Below, piece after piece: positions 1 through 11,249 of a stretch of 47,464 bases of DNA. The translations under genes and the position numbers were made by a program. Below the pieces are notes generated by a model. The model was not told the origin of the DNA and did not search any database. It saw only the letters and a program-made list of their open reading frames with translations. The DNA is from Octopus bimaculoides. Lineage: Eukaryota. The stretch lies in the NCBI RefSeq assembly GCF_001194135.2, contig NC_068982.1:16761194-16808657 (forward strand), read 5' to 3'. Within the stretch, counting starts at the first letter, position 1, and every line of letters starts with the position of its first letter.

Positions 1-1769
1 ATATATATATATATATACACAAAGGCAGAAAGACTGCCCTCCAGGAGGTTTTCTGCTAGCCCCTTAATAATATTTTCATATTTCATTCCCAGTTCTATAA
101 ATTTTAATATTTTATATCAAATTATTTCTTAGTAAGTATTGCTTTCATTATTTTTTTCACAGTCGTAATCTCTCTTTTTTAATCAAATTTCCCTGGAATT
201 TATTCACAGGTTGAGCAACTATGCGGCGTTATTGTTCATATTAAAAATAAACTGCATCGAACTCTGTAGTCAATTTAGATCATGTTGAATATAAGAAACT
301 TTTTTCTTCCATGCCTTCTTCCATGAACTACTTTCTTCCATGTTAACTATAATGAACTTCCTTTCTTCCAACATAAAACAGAGACCATAGTTCAAAACTC
401 CTTATAGGCCTAAAATGAATGTAATATCCAAAAGTTGCTTCATGCATCGAAGTACCTTAACTGAACCGTAAAAATACATAACAAAAATATAATAATTGTA
501 ACTTTTGAATATACAGCTTTTTATGTGTAAGCTATCAATGAACTGCTATAAGCTGTGTGTGTGTGTATATATATATATATAGAGAGAGAGAGAGATATCC
601 TCTTGCGCTACTTATATAGTTACTGCTTACATTGGCCTCAGTTCGCACAAACAGGAATAATAATACCACTGCGAGTAAAGCGAATACGATCCCACCTTTT
701 ATGGATTTTACCATTTCAGTCCTTCTATTGCAAGCTGCACGAAACAATGGAGGTTCACAAACATGGAAGCCTATAAGTATGTATGTTAATGAATTTTCAT
801 AAATATATATTAATGAATTTTCCAAAGTATATGTTAATAAATTTTCGTAAATTCTCACTATATATCCCCTTCTATGATTCTTTTTGAAAACACACTCCAT
901 GTTTGGTGTGTGTTTTCAGTTTTGTCAGCTCACGAATGTTAATTAAAGACTAGTATAAACACATTGTAATATACGCTGCACTAACTGAACCCAAGTAATA
1001 TTTTTGAGTTTTGATAAAAAATATCTTAAAATCCCTACGAGCACGTGTGCATGTATATATGTATATACATTTCTCCCACTATGTAGAGCCGTGCACGCAC
1101 CCTTCTGTGTAGATGAACGCCTAACGTAAAAGACAGACCTCCATAGCTGTTACTTCAAACTTCAGCTACTTTATATACATACATGCACTCGCACTTAAAG
1201 GCAAACACACACACACGCACAGACAGGAAGATAGATTGATAGATAGATACATACATACACGCATACATACATACATACATACATACATACATACATACAT
1301 ACATACATACATACATACATACATACATAGAAAGAAAGAGTTGGGTACCTGAAAAGATATGTACCTTGTAGCGGTGAATAAAGCTATGCTCACAGCCTTC
1401 GTTTGATAAATATCAAATAGGATCTTCCAGTTGGCTACACATAGAAAACCAAACCTATGAGCATCTAGGCCCTAGCGGTTGGCCGAAAACGCATGTTACA
1501 TTGATTGGACTTTGATAGTACACTCCAGAGTGTCCGACTTGTCCTGAATTCCTTTGGCGTTTTATGAACAAATGTACAATAACAGACGCTGGATAAACTT
1601 CGATAGACTCCAGCTACGTTCCTGAGATATTCTTTTGTTTTTGAAATTATGTTTCATCTGATAACCAATCATATTTTTATTTTAGATTACACCTTAAAAA
1701 TCAGTGACATTTAATCAAGGCATACAATCTATTTGTTACATCAACAGTAGCTGTATTTCCTATCTTTTC

Positions 1770-2295
1770 CTCTATATTTCACCAACCTCGCATTTAAGAG
1801 AATACCACTAGGATTCTCCTCCCACTGTTCTGAGTTAAATTAGTAATTAATGATTCGAACATAACCATTACATCCTTCTAACTCTACTTACCTATAAACG
1901 CACCATAGCACCTAGTACCTTTAGAACTGTAGCATTATATTTCCTTCAGCCCTTGGCTCTTCTAATTTCCTTATACTTAAACCCAGTAATTAAACATTCC
2001 TATTCTATCCTTTTAATAATCTTATCTATATCTACATTTACTCCCTGTTAAATCCGGATTTGTGATCTTAATTCATTTTGTCCCTTGAATTTCAATGGGA
2101 ATATATCTGTATTTTTATCTTCATTTCTAAATTTTAAATTTTAAATCCCTTGCTTGCCAGTGTAGACATGTATTTCTAACAACCAAGATAGTCCTGATTC
2201 TTCCCCCTCCTCCATTAATATCTAACCATCTACTATATCAGACTTCTATTATCTTTTTACGACCGCTTTATTACCTCCACCACATCCTCTCTCCC
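1770..2295 (-). mobile_element. Ancient degraded LINE fragment shared by both duplication units
   Basis: Purine-rich minus strand with weak APE/RT-like remnants; collinear copy at ~25960-26700. Family not assignable. Confidence 0.4.
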
Positions 2296-3200
2296 ATTGC
2301 TACGTAATTACTTACGTAATTGTCCGCAACTCTTCAGTGTGATCGTCATAGCAATATATGCCGAACTATACACGAGACGTCGGCATGAGATTGAACATGT
2401 ACATAGTTCTACCAATTCTACAAATTATATTGCTATGACGATCAGTCTGAAGAGTTGCGGACAATTACGCCTACATATGTCTTGAAACAGCAAGGAGCAT
2501 AGGGGAGCGGGCAAATGAACATTGGAGGGAACTTAAGGAAGGGAAGAGCTCATCAGTTTTGTACCAGCACGCTGAGCAAGAACATGGAGGCTCACTCAAC
2601 AACATAGAAATTAAAATCTTATCCACACATAGCAGAGACGCAGCACTTAGACAAATTACAGAAGCTACACACATAATAGAAGATAAACCTAGCCTGAATA
2701 GGAAACTAAAATAGAACACTAACACACACCCCTAAGAAACCACAAACCACAACATATGACAATACTTTCCCCATAAACCAATAACAATATGAACAAAGTA
2801 TAATACAATACATAGATAAACAAATGGAATTAAATACTACATACGTTAATAAAATTTAATTAAATATATATTAAAAAAAAGTAGATATAAACACATGAAC
2901 AAATAAATAAATAAAAACAAAAACAAACGAACTTGTATTAACAGAGGATATAGATAATACAGGCACTCCCCATACACACACATGCACTTACAAAAACATA
3001 GACACATTGAAGGATACGCATGCGTAGACACATACAATAGGAATACAAAATACAAAATGGCTGATAACTAGCAAGGTGAGACATACATAAGAAAGAAGAA
3101 AGCAAAGGACCACTGATGAGGTCACAGAAGTGTGACGAAAGAACTCTGGCCGAAATAGGATTAATGTAATATAATGTAATATAAAGCTGAAGCAAATTAA
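2295..3200 (+). mobile_element. Penelope-like element remnant 1 (GIY-YIG C-terminus, 3' UTR, hammerhead)
   Basis: 2472-2714 reads YICLETARSIGERANEHWRELKEGKSSSVLYQHAEQEHGG...LRQITEATHIIEDKPSLNRKLK-stop, matching the PLE YxGETxRxxxxRxxEH...RQIxEAxxI...LN pattern. Absent from unit B at the matching position. Confidence 0.8.
3107..3151 (+). ncRNA. Minimal type I hammerhead ribozyme
   Basis: Stem I GGACCA/UGG-CC; core CUGAUGA (3113-3119) plus one extra G; stem II GUCACA/UGUGAC with GAAG loop; GAAA (3137-3140); 2-bp stem III AG-AA-CU; CUC cleavage triplet (after 3146). Lies ~400 nt downstream of a PLE GIY-YIG coding end. Confidence 0.75.
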
Positions 3201-3334
3201 CACCAAATATACAGTGNNNNNNNNNNNNNNNNNNNNNNNNNNNNNNNNNNNNNNNNNNNNNNNNNNNNNNNNNNNNNNNNNNNNNNNNNNNNNNNNNNNN
3301 NNNNNNNNNNNNNNNNNNNNNNNNNNNNNNNNNN

Positions 3335-3371
<37 letters not shown>

Positions 3372-4260
3372 GCGGTCTTATCAATAAGTGTCGGAGTGTT
3401 GCTATTGTAACGAAACGAAACCACGCAAAGTGATGCCGCTTGACACGTACTAAGATTTTATACTCTAGCTCACTTCTGCTAGTTGCAGTAGTGCTTGGAA
3501 ATAACGTGTGTAACGTGTGATTGTCGCATTGACCATGAAAGTGAAAGTTATCATGGCGATCACTGCTCCGAGGCTCAGAGGCCTACGCAAAGTAGCAGAA
3601 AGTGTATGTAGAGGAGCGTATGAATCGCTCACATGTGTACGAGTGTTTTAGACGCTTCTAAAATGGCCGTAAAATGTCGATGGTGGCGAACGTTCTGGGA
3701 GACCCGCAAATAGCAGAACGGAAAAAAAAACATCGCAGATGTGCGTGCAGCTTTCAGGGGAAATCGACGAATCTCCATCTATGAGTTATCAGAGCATGTG
3801 AAGATTAGTTACGGTTCAGTTCAATCTATTATCACTGAATATTCGGGTATCAGACGTGTGTCTGCTAAGTTTGTGCCAAAACTGCTTCCAGCTGACCAAA
3901 AAGACACACGGACTTCGTTAGCAGAACTTGATTGTCAAAAACCATGAAAACGTTTTGAAATCTTTGCATTGAAAACCACGAAAACTTCTCGAAATCTTTG
4001 CGTAGGCTTCTGAGCAGGTATCGCCAAGCTTTTGGCAAAGTCTGATGCAGGTCCTCTGCTCAACTTTCTCTGTTATGATCAATGAGACGATTACACGTTA
4101 CATGCGTTACTGATGTAAACAGCCGAAGTTAACTAGAAACGTTAAAACTTAGTGCACATGCATAACAGAGTGCGGGCTCAATCTATGTCAAGCAGCTTTA
4201 CTCTGCGTTTTTAAGCATCGTTATTATGGCAATGGTCTGGATATTTACTGATCAGATCAC
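3372..4260 (+). mobile_element. Internally deleted mariner-like DNA transposon
   Basis: 3741-3947 NRRISIYELSEHVKISYGSVQSIITEYSGIRRVSAKFVPKLLPADQKDTR is the mariner HTH/(W)VP linker region. Degenerate ~25-bp inverted ends (15/25 match) flanked by TA. Confidence 0.75.
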
Positions 4261-4511
4261 ATATATTATTATATATATGTGTGTGTGTGTGTTTGTTTGT
4301 ATGTATCTGTGTATGTATGAATTTATTAATTCATTTATATAGATATATATACAAATGTGCGTGTGATCATACAATTATATGCATACATACGTATTGGTAT
4401 GTAAAATATAATATACACACACATATATATATATGTATGTATGTACAGGTTACGCGAACTTAAAGACACGAATATCAGTTGTCAAGCGATGGTGGGGTGG
4501 GGACAACCACA

Positions 4512-4547
<36 letters not shown>

Positions 4548-4799
4548 ATGAAGAAATAGATATATCTGGGTCAATGGATTTCGAATTTTCAGAAATTAAC
4601 ACACTTAATTCTCAGCAGCAAGTTTCGCTATATACCTAGGTTTAAAAAATTTACTCGTTTAGTTCTTGTTAACCGTTGAAAAACTAGCCCTAAATTCAGA
4701 AACGCGTCTGTGTATAAATTTCATAAATGTATAAATATACAAAGAATGTTTATACACATATTATCATTAATTATTATTAGTAGTAAAATAAATAATAAC

Positions 4800-5330
4800 A
4801 GCAACTATTTAACTGACCGTAAAGCAATATCCGAAATTTTATGATTAATTTATAATTTTATTCGGGCACACAAGTTGCCGGCATTGTTGTTGAAGTGAGT
4901 GTCGAAAAATCCTCTAATACACAAACCAATCACTGGAAATACAACAGGCGCATCGGAAATCGGGCGACGAGCAAAGAAATTAACTTATCATCTTGGTAGA
5001 AAGCCGCAGAAGTAAGAAACAGATATCCCTGGAACAATTGATTTCAATTTTTGAGAGAATTAAGAGAACTGATCCCTCGAAATTCGAAATTAGTCGATCC
5101 AGGGATATCTATTTCCTCATTCTGTGGTTTTCTGCCGCGATAGTAAGTTAATGGCTTTGCTCATCGCTCGATTTCTGTTGCGCATGTTGTATTTCCAGTT
5201 ACTGGTAGTTTATTAGAGGATTTTTCGACTCTGCAATGCCAGCACCTTGTATGTCCTATTATAATTATAAATTAATAATAAAATTTCGGATTTGCCATTT
5301 ATTGGCCGTTGCTTGCTATCCACATATATT
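4800..5330. mobile_element. Fold-back (palindromic MITE-like) element, ~260-bp arms
   Basis: Arm matches include atccgaaatttta..ttaatttataatt / its reverse complement; tcgaaaaatcctctaata / tattagaggatttttcga; ctggaaatacaaca / tgttgtatttccag; gatatccctgga / tccagggatatc. Centre near 5065. Confidence 0.8.
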
Positions 5331-5396
5331 ATTGTTGTTACTATCTATTCTAGGAAAGCGCGAGGCGATTGAAATAGATATTTTATTGGTTGAACG

Positions 5397-5455
<59 letters not shown>

Positions 5456-6164
5456 NNNNNNNNNNNNNNNNNNNNNNNNNNNNNNNNNNNNNNNNNNNNN
5501 NNNNNNNNNNNNNNNNNNNNNNNNNNNNNNNNNNNNNNNNNNNNNNNNNNNNNNNNNNNNNNNNNNNNNNNNNNNNNNNNNNNNNNNNNNNNNNNNNNNN
5601 NNNNNNNNNNNNNNNNNNNNNNNNNNNNNNNNNNNNNNNNNNNNNNNNNNNNNNNNNNNNNNNNNNNNNNNNNNNNNNNNNNNNNNNNNNNNNNNNNNNN
5701 NNNNNNNNNNNNNNNNNNNNNNNNNNNNNNNNNNNNNNNNNNNNNNNNNNNNNNNNNNNNNNNNNNNNNNNNNNNNNNNNNNNNNNNNNNNNNNNNNNNN
5801 NNNNNNNNNNNNNNNNNNNNNNNNNNNNNNNNNNNNNNNNNNNNNNNNNNNNNNNNNNNNNNNNNNNNNNNNNNNNNNNNNNNNNNNNNNNNNNNNNNNN
5901 NNNNNNNNNNNNNNNNNNNNNNNNNNNNNNNNNNNNNNNNNNNNNNNNNNNNNNNNNNNNNNNNNNNNNNNNNNNNNNNNNNNNNNNNNNNNNNNNNNNN
6001 NNNNNNNNNNNNNNNNNNNNNNNNNNNNNNNNNNNNNNNNNNNNNNNNNNNNNNNNNNNNNNNNNNNNNNNNNNNNNNNNNNNNNNNNNNNNNNNNNNNN
6101 NNNNNNNNNNNNNNNNNNNNNNNNNNNNNNNNNNNNNNNNNNNNNNNNNNNNNNNNNNNNNNNN
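5456..6164. other. Assembly gap (also 3217-3333, 29528-30133, 35750-36004)
   Basis: Runs of N, mostly bounded by microsatellites. Confidence 0.99.
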
Positions 6165-6983
6165 ATATATATATATATATATTCATTTGAGTTACTAAAT
6201 AAGTTTCATAAGCAAAATAATAATTATCATAGTATCGTATAGTTTATAAATTGTATTCTTATTACAACAATGTTGTTTGTTACTTCTGAAAGTATTGATA
6301 GAGTTTAGATATGCACAATATGTCGTCCCTCATTTTGTAAATAATAATATAGATTAGTTCATTGAGAACTGTGCTTGTTGTTTGTTTGGTTTGTATTGAT
6401 GGTTTCTGTCGATTCACTAAATTCTCCCTTCCAAGGTGTACGAATACCAATCATTATTTAAGTATCTTCACATCCGTTACCCCTAAAAAATTAGTAAATT
6501 TGATTTTCATTGCTGTAGTCTAACATATATATACATACATGCATACTTATATATATACATACATATATATATTTAGACCAACTACATTAAATAGATAGTT
6601 GTTGTATTGAATATGTAATTGTTTATATATGTTTTGTTGCAGTTATACATAGTAGAAGACTGAGATACTTAATTATATACATTTATATACACATATATCT
6701 TATTGTTGTATGCTGTGGTGACAAGCGACTACCTTGGACATGAGAGGGTTTCAATTAGTATGTGTTACGAGATGTAATGAAGTGAACTTCGATGGTTGTG
6801 GTTTGCACTTACTTGATTGTATTGTCTGTTAAAGGATTTTGTTATTCTTTAACTGTAATTGAATAGTTAACACTCAAGCCCATAACACATAAACATTTGA
6901 ATTAATTTTTACAATCCAGGCGTCCTTTCGCACGGAATTTTATCTTTTTTTAAATGATGACCCTGAAGTGACTTTCTATCGCT

Positions 6984-7573
6984 TGAGATTTGAAACCGCA
7001 TCTCAGAATTACTGGTCGCACTTTCGCTCGCCAAATCAGTTTGCGGCGTGAAAAACTTATTTGTCTTCTCAATTAAAACAACGATTGATGAGTTTTAATG
7101 ACCAGCAATGTGAAGTTAAGTCCAGATGAACCGGATCTAACCTGAATATTTAGCTAAGGTTTGTCCATCTTTCTATCGATTGCATACTGTTTTAAATACG
7201 ACAAACTGACCAGCCATGGTGGTCAGTTCCTTGTTTGCGATCGTGACAGACTGTTCCATACGGCTTTTGGGTTGAACGAGAGACGATGTCACTGAGTCAA
7301 ACGAAAACTACTGTAAGCATCTTTCCTGTCTCCCCCACTCATTTGTTTCACACAGAAATTCATCTACACACACTTGATTAATCTATCTAATTGTCATGCC
7401 TACCATATTTGCAGATTACAATTTCTATCACATTTGTCACACACCCTTTCCTTATCGCAATGCTAAGTAGATTGTCAACAAATGCATACAGTTAAAATTA
7501 TATGTTGATTTTCATTGATCCGACGATCGATTTGAAATTGTAAATGTAAGGAAAATAAATCATGATGTTTGAA
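6984..7573 (+). repeat. ~600-bp direct repeat, copy 1 (promoter/mini-gene-like or LTR-like module)
   Basis: Collinear, roughly 80% identical to 8292-8892. Confidence 0.9.
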
Positions 7574-8291
7574 TAAATGAGAGGTTAGACGAATGTTCAT
7601 ACACACATGAATGAGAAATACCAGTTCGGGGTCAGTTGTACACGGGGATAGAAATGCTGTATTAAGAAGTGTCGATGATGCAGATCTGGTTGCAGTACGT
7701 GTCGTACGAAGTTGTGGCTGTAATGCTGCTGCCTGGGTTACTTGTACAGGAGTTCTCACATGTGGTATATTTGCTATTAACCATGGTGAAGTAGTTCACG
7801 AACAGTGCTATGATAGAACCTGTGCAGTGTTGCTGGTGCTGTGTACGTAGAGGTGCTGTTGACGACGTCGGTGAGACCTTGGTGGTGACGAAGATAGAGG
7901 TTGCTGTAATTCTGTTGGACTGGTGTTGTCTGGCGTTGTCGCTGGAACTGGCTGTATCGTGTGTGGTCAGTGGGTATACCTTAAAAGGTCTGAAACCAAA
8001 GACCTAAAGACGAGGAGTAGGCTCAAAATGGATTGTGAACCAGCTGTCTCACTTCATCTAATTTAGGGACTTAGATTGATTAGGTTGCATATTAACGCAT
8101 TACAGTAGAAAACAAATTGCGCCAGCACCAACCAATCAGGGTAGTGGACGCAACGGGGTCCAAATAGCGACCAAAGATTAGCTATCTGCTACGTTCGTAT
8201 GTACATATATATATAATAAAGAGGGGAGAGGAATTTCACTTGAGTGTACGTTACAGTACTCATATAAAGAATGAATGTCAGTATTATTGCC

Positions 8292-8892
8292 TGAGATTTG
8301 AAACCGCATCACAGAATTATTGGTCGCAATTTTTGCCCGCCAAATCAGTGTGCAGCGAGATAAATTTCTTTATGCTGTCAGTTAAAACAACGATTGATGA
8401 GTTTTTAATGACCACCTAGGAGAAATTAAGTTCAGATAAACCAGATCTAACCTGAATATTTAGCTAAGGTTTGTCCATCATTCTATCGACTGCAGACTGT
8501 TATAAATACGATCAACTGACCAGCCAAAGTGGTCAGTTCCCTGTTTGCGATCGTGACATCCTGTTGCAGAACGTTTTGGGGCTGAACAAGAAACGATGTC
8601 ACTGGGTCAAACGAAAACTAGTGTAAGCATCTCTCCTGTCTCCTTCACTCGTTTGTTTCACACTGAAATTCATCTACTCACACTTGATTAATCTATCTAA
8701 TTATCATGCCTACCACATTCACAGATTACCTTTTCTACCTCATTTGTCACACACCCTTTCCTCAGTAGCAATTGCACAAGGCTAAGTAGATTGCCAGCAA
8801 ATGCTTACAGTTAAAATTATATGTTGATTTTCATCGATCCGACGATCGATTTGTAATTGTAAATGTAACGAAAATAAATCATGTTGTTTGAA
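8292..8892 (+). repeat. ~600-bp direct repeat, copy 2
   Basis: TATAAA 8501, TCAGTT 8533, ATG 8596, GTAAGC 8623, CAG 8722-8724, TAA 8812-8814, AATAAA 8873. Confidence 0.9.
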
Positions 8893-8982
8893 ACATCGCA
8901 TTTGAGTTACACACTTTTCAACAAGAAGACATATTCTGCAAGAATCATAATCACTATCACCATCATCATCATCATCATCATT

Positions 8983-9043
<61 letters not shown>

Positions 9044-9428
9044 GTTACGTCCGATAACTCCATCATCGTCAGATTCCCTTCGTTACGTATATAATGGAAC
9101 TGTGATTGTGTATATCAGAAACAATATATATAAGTCGAAACAATTTGTTGGCCTGTTATGGTTTTTATAATTATTTATGTTAAAAATATTGTTATATCAT
9201 ATTCATAGTAATTAATGTAATAGTGTAATATAAATAATTTATTGGATTGTCAATAGTATATTTCTAATTAATGTAATAGTGATGATATTAATTAATTTTT
9301 TTAATTATAAGCAAATCTTAACAAGACAGTTGATGCTACCAACCAGTATATAACATTTGTTGATTAATTAAATATATGAGAAATGTGCACTTTGAAATAT
9401 TGTTTGTGGAATTTAAAATCTTTTCCAG

Positions 9429-9724
9429 ATAACACAAAAACTGTGGAACTGAATGATGATCCACCAGGATGCAATGAAAACCATGGATACACAACTGATT
9501 TTGGTAATGCTTCGGCATTTGAACATCCCGAACAAAATGTATATCCACCACCACCACCATATACACCAGAACCCGGATATTCACCACAGCATGAATATCC
9601 ACCACTACCAGCATATTCACCACAACCCGGATATCCACAACAACCTGGATACCTGTCACAACCAACACCTGTGCTACAACAACCACAGCAACAACAACAA
9701 CAACAACAACAGCAAACTCTTATT
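9429..9724 (+). CDS. Dispanin/CD225 gene A, Pro/Tyr/Gln-rich N-terminal exon (phase 1 in, phase 0 out)
   Basis: ttttccAG acceptor and GTAAGC donor. Stop-free frame NTKTVELNDDPPG...YPPPPPYTPEPGYSPQHEYPPLPAYSPQPGY...polyQ-TLI. Paralogous exon at 33119-33483 has the same phases and homologous flanking intron. Confidence 0.85.
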
Positions 9725-10668
9725 GTAAGCAAATATCATTTCTTCTCACTTTACTCCTTACACTACAACAACCATTTATCCCAAACAGATCTCTTATCTT
9801 TAGCAAGTTTTAGACATCAAAACGTAAATTTACTCTGTAAGAGTTTTTAGTCAGTTATTTCGTTATATGGAGCACAATAAATGTTTTAATTTGGTATTTA
9901 TTTTAGCAGTATATTTTAATCGAATGTCTGACAGGTTGTAATGAAGTACAAGGGTAAGAGTAGCAATCGGAGTAACTGACATGGAAGATATATACACATT
10001 TATATGTCTCTCATTGAGCAAGCTATCACTGTTCCTTTCCTGCGGTTTATTAGAGATCTCACCTCTGTTTTCTGCTATGAGATTACTTTTATCAGAAAGA
10101 ACTGTATTTTCGATCGTTTCCTCTGCTGCTGTTTTCCGATACCCGCCATTTCATAGTTTCGAGCTCTACTTATGTGAACCAACGATTTTTTCTTATTGCT
10201 CTAGCTTGATCCTATAATCTCTGATCCTTGAGTTGAAACAATCCTCTTTCTCTCCATTGATCATACATACGTTGTCGGTTACCTCTAATATGAAGACCAT
10301 TTTCGATTATAGGGTTGCTCAGGTAGTAAAAACTCCATGATCACATCATTAAATTGTTTGTTCCATCTACGCCCTGTGTGCTGATCCCTTGCTGGTTAAC
10401 GACAGGCTGGAGTCGGACCCGTATTTCTAAGCCTGCCGGGTGCAACACTGTCGCCATGTCGGGCTTCAGTTTCATTACCACCACCCACGCACAATATTTT
10501 GTCTTTTCGCTGTCATTCATTCCAACCGCTTCCTTTCATTAATATTATTATCATCACTGATATTATTATTTTCATTTTTTACTATTCGTCATTGTTAACA
10601 TTTCCTCTGACTCGACATGCTTTTTGGCTAAATTATCATCATCATCATCATCATCATCAGTAGTAGTA

Positions 10669-10737
<69 letters not shown>

Positions 10738-10927
10738 AAGAAGAAGAAGAAGAAGAAGCATCAGGGGTGGGAGCTGACAGGATCGTTATCACGCTGGACG
10801 AATTTCTTAGCGGCATTTCAGCCGTCACTGCGTTCTGAGTTCAAATTCCACAAAGGTCGACTTTGCCTTTCAACCTAGGAACCGACAAATTAAGTACCAG
10901 TGAAAAACTGTGCCTCCAGTAGAAAGG

Positions 10928-10990
<63 letters not shown>

Positions 10991-11249
10991 TACTTTTTAT
11001 TCGCATGTTTGTTACAATCACTTGCCAAGACACACTCAGCATCGTTGGGCGAGTGAAAGACAAAAGATCTTACAGTATGAGTGAAAATTTGAGGGGGGGA
11101 GTGGCAGGGGCAGTAGCGAAATATCTTCATGTAACACAACACAGATATTTAAATTGATAGGATTTGCTCAGCATGTGGGCAGTACTTGTCAACATTTATT
11201 TTTTCCTGAGATATTATCGAGATGCTTTTGTCATCCTTCTCTTATCACA

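Noticed and set aside
1450-1505. ggcc...ggcc-GAAA-acgcatgtt hammerhead-like string
   Set aside because: No intact CUGANGA adjacent to the stem and no convincing stem I.
5236-6198. Long ORFs spanning N runs (also 29350-30191, 35677-36051, 2938-3424)
   Set aside because: Artefacts of assembly gaps and flanking microsatellites.
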